From positions 1 to 32,501 of the forward strand of contig JBDRBU010000007.1 of NCBI GenBank assembly GCA_043822305.1: a stretch of 32,501 nt of DNA, in the 5' to 3' direction. Source of the DNA: Candidatus Firestoneibacteriota bacterium (GTDB lineage Bacteria > Oederibacteriota > D2-FULL-39-29 > JBDRBU01). The notes beneath the pieces are model-generated. The model did no database searches. It was not told where the DNA came from and saw only the letters and a list, made by a program, of their open reading frames with translations. Shown piece after piece: positions 1-9,023 of this stretch (the stretch's first letter is position 1; every line of letters starts with the position of its first letter). Position numbers and translations under genes: made by a program.

Positions 1-463
1 TAACAGTGATCAAGGAAGCCAATTTACCAGCAGTGAGTTCATCAGCAAATTGGCAGGAATATTAATAAGCATGGATGGGAGAGGTAGAGCCATGGATAAT
101 ATATTTATAGAACGGCTGTGGCGTTCAGTCAAGTATGAGTGCATATATCTGAATGGTTACCAAAATATACCTGAAGTCAAGGAAGGATTAGAGGAATATT
201 TTAAATTTTATAATACTGAACGATTTCATCAGTCACTGGATTACAAGACACCATGGCAGGTGTATTCTGAAAATAACAGGTATGAAACCATTACCGCAGT
301 TGCAAACGGCTGTTGTAGGGCAAATGTGAGCGGTTTTCAAAAGCCATTGATAGTCGGAAACTGAAAATATTATAAAATTTCAAAAAAATGGTTGTTTGCT
401 CATTGAAAAATTTATCCTTAAGAATGTCTATAAATTGGTCTTGACAAACCCGACCACCTTACA
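1..463 (+). mobile_element. Right part of an IS3-family insertion sequence; putative right terminal inverted repeat at about 436-463
   Basis: Transposase followed by GGTCTTGACAAACCCGACCACCTTACA, ending in CA (IS3 ends are TG...CA) and containing an outward-facing TTGACA at 441-446; rex-like coding sequence starts right after. The left end is not visible. Confidence 0.7.
2..364 (+). CDS. IS3-family transposase, C-terminal integrase core (5' end outside the window)
   Basis: Open frame from base 2 reads NSDQGSQFTS...SMDGRGRAMDNIFIERLWRSVKYE...YNTERFHQSLDYKTP, the DDE-core motifs typical of IS3 OrfB. Confidence 0.92.
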   Translation, partial: NSDQGSQFTSSEFISKLAGILISMDGRGRAMDNIFIERLWRSVKYECIYLNGYQNIPEVKEGLEEYFKFYNTERFHQSLDYKTPWQVYSENNRYETITAVANGCCRANVSGFQKPLIVGN

Positions 464-770
464 AGTTAAATCAGGAAATATCCAGATTTATTCGATAAAA
501 GGAATTTCTGAATTTGTAAAAAGCAATAATATTAAAATTGCTATTCTTACAGTGCCAGGTGTAGTTGCTCAAGAAATAAGTGAAGTATTAATTTCATCAG
601 GTATTTGTGGAATATTGAATTTTGCCCCAGTAAATCTAAAAGTTACAGAAGAAATTATTGTTAGTAATGTGAATCTTGCTATTGAACTTGAAAAGGTAAT
701 TTATTTTGTTAATGCTATAGAAAGAAGTAAAGATAATGTAAAAAGTTCTATGAAAGAAAATAAAAGATAA
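464..770 (+). pseudogene. rex: 3' fragment of redox-sensing repressor Rex (C-terminal part of the NAD(H)-binding domain), cut off by the IS
   Basis: IKIAILTVPGVVAQEISEVLISSGICGILNFAPVNLKV...VNLAIELEKVIYFV matches the Rex C-terminus; the N-terminal winged helix and GxGxxG are absent; the first ~22 codons of ORF 396-770 are IS sequence. Confidence 0.8.
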
Positions 771-799
771 AAGGCAGTCTAAAATAGGAGGAGGAAAAT

Positions 800-3700
800 A
801 TGAAAACCAGTAAAATCAGTCGGAAAGAATTCTTAAAACTAGGCGGTTCATTATCTGCGTTCGCACTTTCCGGATTTAACTTTTTGGATATTTATGGCAA
901 TCAACCGCCGATACCTATAGATAGACTGAAGTATGCTAAAGAGTCGACATCAATATGTTCTTTTTGTGGTGGAGGATGCGGGCAAATTGTGCATACAGAA
1001 AATGGTAAAATAGTAAATATTGAAGGAGACCCGGATCATCCAGTTAATGAAGGAGCACTCTGTAGTAAGTCTAATGCAAGTTACCAGATTGTAAATAATG
1101 AAAGACGACTAAGAAAAGTATTATACCGTGCTCCTAATAGTAATCAATGGGAAGAAAAGACAGTTGACTGGGCAATCAAGGAAATTGCCAAGCGAGTAAA
1201 ATCGGTTCGCAACAACAATTTTATTACTACTGAAGATGGTGTAACAGTTAATCGGACTGAAGCAATTGCTTCTATTGGTGGCGCCGCATTAGATAACGAA
1301 GAGTGCTATCTGATATCTAAACTTACAAGGGCATTAGGAATAGTATTTTTTGAACATGAAGCCAGGCTGTGTCATTCTTCTACTGTAGCAGCTTTAGGAC
1401 ATTCATTTGGAAGAGGTGCGATGACTAACCATTGGGTTGATGTAAAAAATGCTGATTGTATTTTAGTTATAGGTGCTAATCCTGTAGAAAACCATGTGGT
1501 TGCTGCTAAATGGATTGATGTTGCTAAAGAAAATGGTGCAAAATTAATTGTTTGTGACCCGCGATTTACCCGTACTTCTGCTATTGCGGATCTTTGCATA
1601 CAACATCGTGCAGGAACTGATATTGCTTTGATTGGGTATATGATCAACTACTGCTTGGAAAATAAACTATACCACGAAGAATATGTTAGAGAGTATACTA
1701 ACGCATCATTTTTAATTAATCCTGAATTCAATTTTAATGATGGTTTGTTTAACGGTTATGATGCAACAAAAAAAGTATATAATGCAGCAACCTGGGATTA
1801 TCAAGCAGTAGATGGTATACCTAAAAAGGATATGACTTTAAGTGACCCTAACTGTGTTTTTCAATTACTAAAGAAACATTTCAGTCGTTATACTCCAAAT
1901 AAAGCTTCTAAAATAACAGGTGTACCAACAGATAAATTAGTTGAACTTGCAAAAACATACTGTAAAACAGGTAAACCTGGTAAAAGCGGGACAATATTAT
2001 ATGCAATGGGTGCTACTCAGCATACTACTGGTACAGAGTATATTAGAGGTTATGCTATACTGCAACTTTTACTCGGGAATATGGGGATGCCAGGTGGTGG
2101 TATTAATGCCATGCGAGGAGAAAGCAATGTTCAAGGGTCAACAGATTTTGGTCTTTTGTTTCATTTATTACCGGGATATTTAGGAATAACTAATGCGAAA
2201 CTACATCCTGACCTTAAAAGTTATCTTGAAAAAGAAACACCTAAAACAAGTTATTGGTCCAATAAACCTAAGTTTTTTATAAGTTTACTTAAAGCGTGGT
2301 GGGGTGACAGAGCAACAAAAGAAAATGATTATTGTTATGATTATCTTCCTAAGATAGGAACAGGGCATAAGAATGGTGGATATTCCTGGATTGCATTATT
2401 TGAAGCAATGAAAGAAGGTGTAATTAAAGGTTTGCTTAACTGGGGTATGAATCCAGCAGTTAGTGGTGCTAATAGCAATTTAGAACTTAATGCTTTAGAT
2501 AATCTTGATTGGTTAGTTGATATACAGTTATGGGAAACAGAAACAGGAAATTTCTGGCAAAGGCCTGGGGTTAATCCATCTGATATTAAAACTGAGGTGT
2601 TTGTTTTACCGGCATCTTTTGCTTTAGAAAAAGAAGGTTCTATAAGCAATAGTGGTAGATGGATACAATGGCGTTATCAAGCAATTGATTCTCAAGGAGA
2701 TGCTAAACGTGATTTATGGTGGTTAGATAGACTTTACAAGGAATTGAAAGCACTTTATGTGGCTGATAAGAAAGCGATATTTCCCGACCCGATTATTAAC
2801 CTTAACTGGAATTATGGTGATGAACCAGATGTACATTTAGTATCTAAAGAAATTAATGGGTACTCAGTTGAGAACAAACAGCAGTTGTTGAATTTTACAA
2901 AATTAGCAGATGATGGTTCAACTGCATGTGGTTGCTGGATTTATAGTGGATTTTATCCCGGTGCTGATAAAAAAGACAATAAATCTACAGGGCGAGATAA
3001 ATCAGACCCCTCTGGATTAGGATTGTTTCCAGGATGGAGTTATGCTTGGCCGGTTAATCGTAGAATTATCTATAACCGTTGTTCGGCTGATGTTAAAGGG
3101 AATCCTTATAATCCCAAGAAAACATTAGTGAAGTGGAATGCTGTTGATAAGAAATGGATTACAAATGATGTCCCTGATTTTGGTTGGAAAGATGCAAAAA
3201 CGGGCGAGATGATACCACCTGAAAAATCAGCTGCAGCACCATTTATTATGTTACCTGAACTTCATGCAAGATTGTTTGTTATTAAAGGAGCGACTAAAGA
3301 AGGTCCTTTCCCTGAACATTATGAACCGTTTGAAAGTCCGGTGAAAAATTTACTTTCTTCTCAACAGATCAATCCAATAATTAAAATCTGGGATGGCGAA
3401 TTTAATAAAAAAGCTGAAGTAGGCTCAAAAGAATATCCAATTATTGGAATTACATTTAGACTTACAGAACATTGGCAGTCGGGTATTATTACCAGGAATC
3501 TTCCATGGTTAGCAGAGTTGATGCCTGAGATGTTTGTAGAAATCAGTCCGGAATTAGCGCAAGAGAAAGGCATACAAGATAAAGAATGGGTAAAAGTAGT
3601 TAGTATTCGAGGTGAAGTTTTAGCCCGAGCTTGTATTACTTCTCGTCTTGCTCAATATCAAGTTGATGGGAAAAAACATGAAATGATAGGTGTGCCATGG

Positions 3701-3844
3701 CACTTTGGATTTCGTGGATATGTTACTGGTGGGAAAGACAGAAATAAGAACTATGCAGCCAACCAGTTAACGGCTCATGTTGGGGATGGTAATACGATGA
3801 TACCTGAATATAAAGTTTTCCTTTGTGATGTGCGTAAAATATAA
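800..3844 (+). CDS. fdnG: Formate dehydrogenase catalytic alpha subunit (FdnG/FdhA type, Mo/W-bisPGD), Cys ligand, Tat signal
   Basis: GGAGG RBS; SRKEFLK Tat-like motif; CSFCGGGC...C [4Fe-4S] motif; EARLCHSSTV active site; MRGESNVQG; RLTEHWQSG; IPEYK at the C-terminus. Confidence 0.95.
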   Translation: MKTSKISRKEFLKLGGSLSAFALSGFNFLDIYGNQPPIPIDRLKYAKESTSICSFCGGGCGQIVHTENGKIVNIEGDPDHPVNEGALCSKSNASYQIVNNERRLRKVLYRAPNSNQWEEKTVDWAIKEIAKRVKSVRNNNFITTEDGVTVNRTEAIASIGGAALDNEECYLISKLTRALGIVFFEHEARLCHSSTVAALGHSFGRGAMTNHWVDVKNADCILVIGANPVENHVVAAKWIDVAKENGAKLIVCDPRFTRTSAIADLCIQHRAGTDIALIGYMINYCLENKLYHEEYVREYTNASFLINPEFNFNDGLFNGYDATKKVYNAATWDYQAVDGIPKKDMTLSDPNCVFQLLKKHFSRYTPNKASKITGVPTDKLVELAKTYCKTGKPGKSGTILYAMGATQHTTGTEYIRGYAILQLLLGNMGMPGGGINAMRGESNVQGSTDFGLLFHLLPGYLGITNAKLHPDLKSYLEKETPKTSYWSNKPKFFISLLKAWWGDRATKENDYCYDYLPKIGTGHKNGGYSWIALFEAMKEGVIKGLLNWGMNPAVSGANSNLELNALDNLDWLVDIQLWETETGNFWQRPGVNPSDIKTEVFVLPASFALEKEGSISNSGRWIQWRYQAIDSQGDAKRDLWWLDRLYKELKALYVADKKAIFPDPIINLNWNYGDEPDVHLVSKEINGYSVENKQQLLNFTKLADDGSTACGCWIYSGFYPGADKKDNKSTGRDKSDPSGLGLFPGWSYAWPVNRRIIYNRCSADVKGNPYNPKKTLVKWNAVDKKWITNDVPDFGWKDAKTGEMIPPEKSAAAPFIMLPELHARLFVIKGATKEGPFPEHYEPFESPVKNLLSSQQINPIIKIWDGEFNKKAEVGSKEYPIIGITFRLTEHWQSGIITRNLPWLAELMPEMFVEISPELAQEKGIQDKEWVKVVSIRGEVLARACITSRLAQYQVDGKKHEMIGVPWHFGFRGYVTGGKDRNKNYAANQLTAHVGDGNTMIPEYKVFLCDVRKI

Positions 3845-3886
3845 AATAAATAAATCAATTTTTCTGAAAAATAGGAGGGATTTAAT

Positions 3887-4696
3887 ATGGCTAACTCTAA
3901 AAACCCTAAAGGGGTATTAGTTGATTTAAGTAAATGTATTGGTTGCAGGGGATGTCAGGTTGCCTGTAAACAATGGAATCAACTTCCAGCTGAATTAACT
4001 ACTTGGGAAGGGAACTATGAAAATCCATCAACGATAAAATGTAATACTTATACTAAAGTACGTTTTGTGGAAGGATATCAAAACCAAAAGTTTTTCTGGA
4101 AGTTTATTAAAACACAATGTATGCACTGTAAACATCCGGCATGTGTATCTGCTTGTCTTGTAGGTGCATTGTATAAGACTGACGAGGGACCTGTTGTTTA
4201 TAATAGTCAGAAATGTATAGGTTGTCGTTATTGCATGGTTGCCTGCCCATTTAATATCCCTACTTTTGAATGGGATAAAGTATTACCACTTATAAAAAAA
4301 TGTACATTCTGTTTTGATAGGATTAACGGAAATAAAAAGCCTTCTTGTGTTCAAACCTGTCCTTCAGCATCTTTACAGTTTGGCGATTACAAAGATATTT
4401 TAAACGAAGCTGAAAAAAGGATTAAAAAGTATCCTGATAAGTATATTAATCATATATATGGTAAAGATGAAGTTGGCGGAACATCCTGGTTATATATTTC
4501 CAATGTTCCTTTTGAAAAACTTGGGTTTAATACTAATTTACCCAAGGACCCCTTACCACAATTAACTTGGAAGGCGCTTTCAAAAATACCAGCAGTAGTT
4601 GGTGGTTTGGCCGTAGTCCTTACCGGGTTATATTTTATAATCCAGAAACGAGAAGAAGGTTTTGCTAAAAACAAGCAAAACAAAAAGGAGGGATAG
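3887..4696 (+). CDS. Formate dehydrogenase Fe-S beta subunit (FdnH/HybA-like) with C-terminal transmembrane helix
   Basis: CIGCRGCQVACK, CMHCKHPACVSAC, CIGCRYCMVACP and KCTFC...CVQTCP; YGKDEVGGT; hydrophobic tail. Confidence 0.92.
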   Translation: MANSKNPKGVLVDLSKCIGCRGCQVACKQWNQLPAELTTWEGNYENPSTIKCNTYTKVRFVEGYQNQKFFWKFIKTQCMHCKHPACVSACLVGALYKTDEGPVVYNSQKCIGCRYCMVACPFNIPTFEWDKVLPLIKKCTFCFDRINGNKKPSCVQTCPSASLQFGDYKDILNEAEKRIKKYPDKYINHIYGKDEVGGTSWLYISNVPFEKLGFNTNLPKDPLPQLTWKALSKIPAVVGGLAVVLTGLYFIIQKREEGFAKNKQNKKEG

Positions 4697-4704
4697 GAAT
4701 AATT

Positions 4705-5841
4705 ATGAGAGAAACAACAGAAAAAAATATACCTTTATTTAGTTTTGGAACAATCATATTGATATTTTTGGCTTCATTGGGTGCCATATCTGCCATATAC
4801 AGACTTATTGTTGGATTAGGAGCGACGACTAATCTCTCCGATAGGGTTCCATGGGGATTATGGATTGGTATGGATCTTTCTTTGGTTGCTTTATCAGGAT
4901 GTGGATTTACTTTTGCAGCTTTAGTCTATATTTTTAATTTCAAGAAGTATCATCTTATTTTGCGTCGAGCAATTCTTATGGGACTTTTAGGTTATATTTC
5001 GTTCAGTATAATCCTGTTTCTTGAAATAGGTCGTCCTTTTCGATTCTGGCATTCTTTAATAATGTGGCAACACCATTCTGTGCTTTTTGAAGTTACATGG
5101 TGCGTAATGTTATACACAGCAGTAATAGCATTAGAGTTCAGTCCTATTTTATTAGAAAGATTTAAGATGTTTGGATTAATTAAGATTATTCATGTTTTTA
5201 CAATTCCACTGGTGATATCTGGTGTTATACTCTCAACGCTTCATCAGTCATCATTAGGTTCGCTTTTCTTAATAGTTCCTAGTAAATTACATCCGCTTTG
5301 GTATACATCATTGTTGCCATTTTTATTTCTGGTTTCTGCAGTAATGGTTGGAATAGCGATGGTAATTTTTGAATCGTTTATGAGTTCTAAAATATTTAAG
5401 AGTACGCTGAATTTGGATATTATTTCTGGACTTGTGAAATTTGAAATTTTTATGTTATCCGGATATTTTATTTTAAAAATAATTGACATAGTATCTAGAG
5501 GAGCATTGCCTTTTGTTTTTACTGGAAGTTTAGAAGGCAATATGTTTATCTGTGAAATTACCATAGGATTGATTATACCTCTTGTGTTGTTGTTTATATC
5601 AATGTTGAAAAACAAATCTACATTGATCTTTATCTCTTCTATGATGATTGTCGTTGGGCTTATTATTAACAGAATAAATGTCGGTATTGTTGGACTTATA
5701 AGAAAAGCCAATATTTCTTACTTTCCGTCATTAGTTGAGTTTTTTATAACTATTGGAGTGATTTCTGGTGCCTTGTTGGCTTTTAAAATAACAATAAAAT
5801 ATTTTAATGTTTTCTCTACTGAAAAAGGAGGTGAGGTATAG
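4705..5841 (+). CDS. HybB/NrfD (PsrC)-family integral membrane quinone-interacting subunit
   Basis: GLGATTNLSDRVPWGLWIG, EIGRPFRFWH, SVLFEVTWCVMLY, LSTLHQSSLGSL, KLHPLWY; about 10 hydrophobic segments. Confidence 0.9.
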   Translation: MRETTEKNIPLFSFGTIILIFLASLGAISAIYRLIVGLGATTNLSDRVPWGLWIGMDLSLVALSGCGFTFAALVYIFNFKKYHLILRRAILMGLLGYISFSIILFLEIGRPFRFWHSLIMWQHHSVLFEVTWCVMLYTAVIALEFSPILLERFKMFGLIKIIHVFTIPLVISGVILSTLHQSSLGSLFLIVPSKLHPLWYTSLLPFLFLVSAVMVGIAMVIFESFMSSKIFKSTLNLDIISGLVKFEIFMLSGYFILKIIDIVSRGALPFVFTGSLEGNMFICEITIGLIIPLVLLFISMLKNKSTLIFISSMMIVVGLIINRINVGIVGLIRKANISYFPSLVEFFITIGVISGALLAFKITIKYFNVFSTEKGGEV

Positions 5842-5887
5842 AAATTTTTTCTAATAAAATTAAATCTTTAATTAAAAAGGAGGGTAA

Positions 5888-6886
5888 ATGAAGAAAGGTC
5901 TAATGACAATAGTGGTTTTCTTAGTGGTTTTAGTTTGTATAACACCAGCATGGACAGCAGAAATTAAAGTAAATGGGTTGGCTCAAACTCAATTTGTATA
6001 TGATGCTTCTTTAATAGGTAAAGAAACTTCTTTTACTGTTAAGCGTGCCAGAGCCATAGTTAAAGGTGATTTAGGAGATAATATTGGTCTATTTTCACAG
6101 CTTGAAATGTTTACTAATGCAATAAATATTCTTGACCTGGTTATAGACTATAATGTGGTTGGAGTTGCTAAAATAGGAGTCGGTCGTTTTACTAAACCTT
6201 TTGGATTGCAAAATCCTGGTTCCTCATATAATCTTCATACGGTTAACTATGCTCAGGTAGTTTCAAGATTAATAGGTTCTGGATCGAGAGATTTTGGTGT
6301 TCGTCTTATAGGAAACTGTGCGGGTATTGATTGGACAGTTGCAGTTATCAATGGCAATGATGGTGGAGCAACGGTATCTACGGCTACAGTGGCTAATACA
6401 GTTACTGGTGTGGTTACGACTACAGTTAGTAGTACAGATAGTAATATAGCGAAAGATATTGTGGCTAGAATAGGCATTACACCATTTGAAAACTTAACGA
6501 TAGGTTCATCTATATACAAGGATTCAAGTAGTAGTGAAGCGACATCAAGAGTTGGTGGCAATCTAAAATATGAAAAAACACCAATATATATTCAGGTGGA
6601 ATATATATATGGAAAAGACGGTGGTCTTGACAGAAATGGTGGCTACATTGAAGCGGGATATAGCATTGAAAAAATTCAACCTATTGTTCGTGCTGAATAT
6701 TATGATGGAAATGCAAGTGTAGAAGATTCAAGTGAAATAATGATAGCCGCTTTTGGATTAAATTACTATATTAATGACTCTGCAAAGATACAACTTATTT
6801 GTGAACTTAAAAAAGACAAATTAGGTGCCGGTTTAACTGATGCAATGAATGATGGTTTTATTATCCAGACAGCAGTAAAATTTTAA
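5888..6886 (+). CDS. Outer-membrane porin-like beta-barrel (OprO/OprP-like)
   Basis: Signal peptide; GLAQTQF, FTVKRAR, GRFTKPFG, RDFGV, KDIVAR, GLNYY; C-terminal Phe. Confidence 0.78.
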   Translation: MKKGLMTIVVFLVVLVCITPAWTAEIKVNGLAQTQFVYDASLIGKETSFTVKRARAIVKGDLGDNIGLFSQLEMFTNAINILDLVIDYNVVGVAKIGVGRFTKPFGLQNPGSSYNLHTVNYAQVVSRLIGSGSRDFGVRLIGNCAGIDWTVAVINGNDGGATVSTATVANTVTGVVTTTVSSTDSNIAKDIVARIGITPFENLTIGSSIYKDSSSSEATSRVGGNLKYEKTPIYIQVEYIYGKDGGLDRNGGYIEAGYSIEKIQPIVRAEYYDGNASVEDSSEIMIAAFGLNYYINDSAKIQLICELKKDKLGAGLTDAMNDGFIIQTAVKF

Positions 6887-6906
6887 ATAAATGAGGGAGC
6901 CACCTA

Positions 6907-6948
6907 AAATGAGGGACAGACACCTATTAATAGGCGCTGTCCCCATTT
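6907..6948. repeat. Long imperfect palindrome (REP-like or terminator-like) between the porin gene and fdhE
   Basis: AAATGAGGGACAGACACCTATT-AATAGGCGCTGTCCCCATTT; preceded by a partial direct copy AAATGAGGGAGCCACCTA (6889-6906). Confidence 0.6.
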
Positions 6949-6958
6949 ATACATTTAT

Positions 6959-7792
6959 ATGATAAAAGTAGATGAAGCTGTAAAATATTATAAAGGGATA
7001 AAACCACAATTGGGCGAACTTCTTGATCTTTATGTTCGTATTAATTCTTTACAATCTCAATACATCGAACAAATGTCTTACACTTTATCAATATCTTCAG
7101 ATTTGGCAATTGAAAAACTTAAATCCGGTAAGTATTTACTGGAGAAAATTCCTTTTATCATTGATAAAGAAAATTTTATGAAATTAGTGAATGACTTAAT
7201 TAAACTTATGAAAGACAGTGGGGAAAAAGCTGGGAAGGTTGAATCACTATTTTTATCTTCACCGGAATATATTCCTACAGAACTGCAAGAATTGACTGAT
7301 TGTTTTATCAAAAGCAAGGAACTTACTCTTCATGACAAAAATCTGGTTCATTATATTCTCTGGCAGGCATTAAAAACTTTTTATAAAAAAGAAGCAAAAA
7401 ACCTGAAAAGTATTAACGATAAATCATATTGGACAAAATCAATATGTCCTGTTTGTGGGAATTTGCCAAAAATCAGCCGTTTAATGAAAGAAACTGGGAA
7501 GAGACAACTTGTATGCTCTTTATGTTGGACAGAATGGAGTTTCACTCGTATTTCCTGTCCTTATTGTTTAAATACCTGCCAGGACAAATTAGGATATTTC
7601 TATATTGATGATGATAAAGCATATCGGATAGATGTATGTCATATTTGTAAAAACTATATAAAAACTATTGACGAGAAGCAGATTGGCCGAGAAACCGTGT
7701 TAGAAATAGAAGATATCATAACTTATCATATGGATATTCTTGCTTTCAGTAAAGGATATAAAAACCCATTAAATCTATCTATAGAAAAATAA
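6959..7792 (+). CDS. fdhE: Formate dehydrogenase accessory protein FdhE
   Basis: CPVCG...RQLVCSLCWTEW...RISCPYC...RIDVCHICKNYIKT, four CxxC pairs; FDH context. Confidence 0.92.
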   Translation: MIKVDEAVKYYKGIKPQLGELLDLYVRINSLQSQYIEQMSYTLSISSDLAIEKLKSGKYLLEKIPFIIDKENFMKLVNDLIKLMKDSGEKAGKVESLFLSSPEYIPTELQELTDCFIKSKELTLHDKNLVHYILWQALKTFYKKEAKNLKSINDKSYWTKSICPVCGNLPKISRLMKETGKRQLVCSLCWTEWSFTRISCPYCLNTCQDKLGYFYIDDDKAYRIDVCHICKNYIKTIDEKQIGRETVLEIEDIITYHMDILAFSKGYKNPLNLSIEK

Positions 7793-7870
7793 TAATTATA
7801 TGCTAAAAATAGTTTACTTATGGGATGAAAATTGATAAAATATTTATGAAACTTTAATTTTTTTGGGTGG

Positions 7871-7893
7871 CGTTATGCATTTTTTGCATAACG
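7871..7893. promoter_or_regulatory. ModE-type operator
   Basis: Perfect 9-bp inverted repeat CGTTATGCA-N5-TGCATAACG (CGTTAT-N11-ATAACG) ending 15 bp before the ATG of a ModE-like gene; possible TTGATA-17-TAATTT promoter at 7832-7860. Confidence 0.75.
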
Positions 7894-7908
7894 GAAAAGG
7901 AAAACAAT

Positions 7909-8244
7909 ATGAAAATTAAAGCAAAGGTTTGGCTTGAAAAAGACGGAAAACTTGTTTTTGGATTGGGAAAGCAACGAATCCTGGAAGCTGTTGCTGAAAC
8001 CAATTCTATAAATAAAGCGGCAAAAAAATTAAATATGTCATATAGACATACATGGAGTTATATCCATTCTGCTGAAAAAAGATTAGGTAATCTTTTACTT
8101 TTAAAAGTAAGAGGAGGCAAGGAAGGTGGCGGGGCTGTTTTAACGGATTATGCGAAAGAATTGCTTAAAAAATTTGAAAAAGTTGAAAAGAAAGTAATGG
8201 TTTTTACAGATAAATGTTATAAGGAGACTTTTAAGGAAAAATAA
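7909..8244 (+). CDS. modE: ModE-family regulator, N-terminal winged-helix domain only
   Basis: KVWLE...FGLGKQRILEAV...SINKAAKKLNMSYRHTW...RGGKEGGGAVLT; ATG at 7909 preferred to GTG 7867; no TOBE domains. Confidence 0.88.
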   Translation: MKIKAKVWLEKDGKLVFGLGKQRILEAVAETNSINKAAKKLNMSYRHTWSYIHSAEKRLGNLLLLKVRGGKEGGGAVLTDYAKELLKKFEKVEKKVMVFTDKCYKETFKEK

Positions 8245-9012
8245 ATGGAAGAAATAAAAGCAATCAGAATAAATAACGGGATTAAAGAAAATATTAAGGA
8301 GTTTGTTGCGGAAGAAGTCCCCTTTACAATTAATACCGCTAAAATGGAATTTGTTACACTTCTATGTTCTCCGATAAATCTTGATGATCTAATAAGGGGT
8401 TTTCTTTTTACGAGTGGATTAATAAAAGATGTTAAAGATATAAAAAAGATAACAATAGACGAAGAAAGATGGATGGCAGAAGTTGACCTGTCAATATCCA
8501 TAAAAGAAAAGCAGATGACATTTAAAAGACTTTATACTTCCGGATGCGGTAGAGGTGTACTTTTTTATAATACTTTGGATATGCTTCATAGAACAAAGTT
8601 AAAGTCGGATTTTAAAATTAATAGCTTTCAGATTAACAAATTTATACAGGAATTTCGGAAAAAATCAGAAGTATTTTTAAAAACAGGCTGCGTGCATGCT
8701 GCGGCAATTGCAGATTTAAAAGAAATCCTAATTTTCAGGGAAGATATAGGAAGGCATAATGCCGTAGATAAAGTCATAGGTAGTGTGTTGGCCAATAATA
8801 TTTCTTTTAAAGATAAGGTTTTACTTTCCACCGGGAGAATTTCTTCGGAGATAATATTTAAAGTTCAGAAGTGCAAGATACCCGTGATTGTGTCTAAGAG
8901 CGCCCCTACAAACCAGGCAGTTAAACTAGCAAAGGATCTAAATATTACTCTTGTAGGTTTTGCAAGGGGAAACAGAATTAATATTTACAGCAATGAAGAG
9001 AGGATAATTTGA
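8245..9012 (+). CDS. fdhD: Formate dehydrogenase sulfurtransferase FdhD
   Basis: GFLFTSG, TSGCG, EDIGRHNAVDK, STGRISSE, SAPT, TLVGFARG. Confidence 0.95.
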   Translation: MEEIKAIRINNGIKENIKEFVAEEVPFTINTAKMEFVTLLCSPINLDDLIRGFLFTSGLIKDVKDIKKITIDEERWMAEVDLSISIKEKQMTFKRLYTSGCGRGVLFYNTLDMLHRTKLKSDFKINSFQINKFIQEFRKKSEVFLKTGCVHAAAIADLKEILIFREDIGRHNAVDKVIGSVLANNISFKDKVLLSTGRISSEIIFKVQKCKIPVIVSKSAPTNQAVKLAKDLNITLVGFARGNRINIYSNEERII

Positions 9013-9023
9013 AAGAAGGTTGC

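Noticed and set aside
396..463. N-terminus of ORF 396-770 as a real protein start
   Set aside because: Lies within the IS end, has no RBS and does not resemble Rex
1360..1430. SECIS/selenocysteine recoding in fdnG
   Set aside because: The codon is TGT and the ORF has no internal TGA
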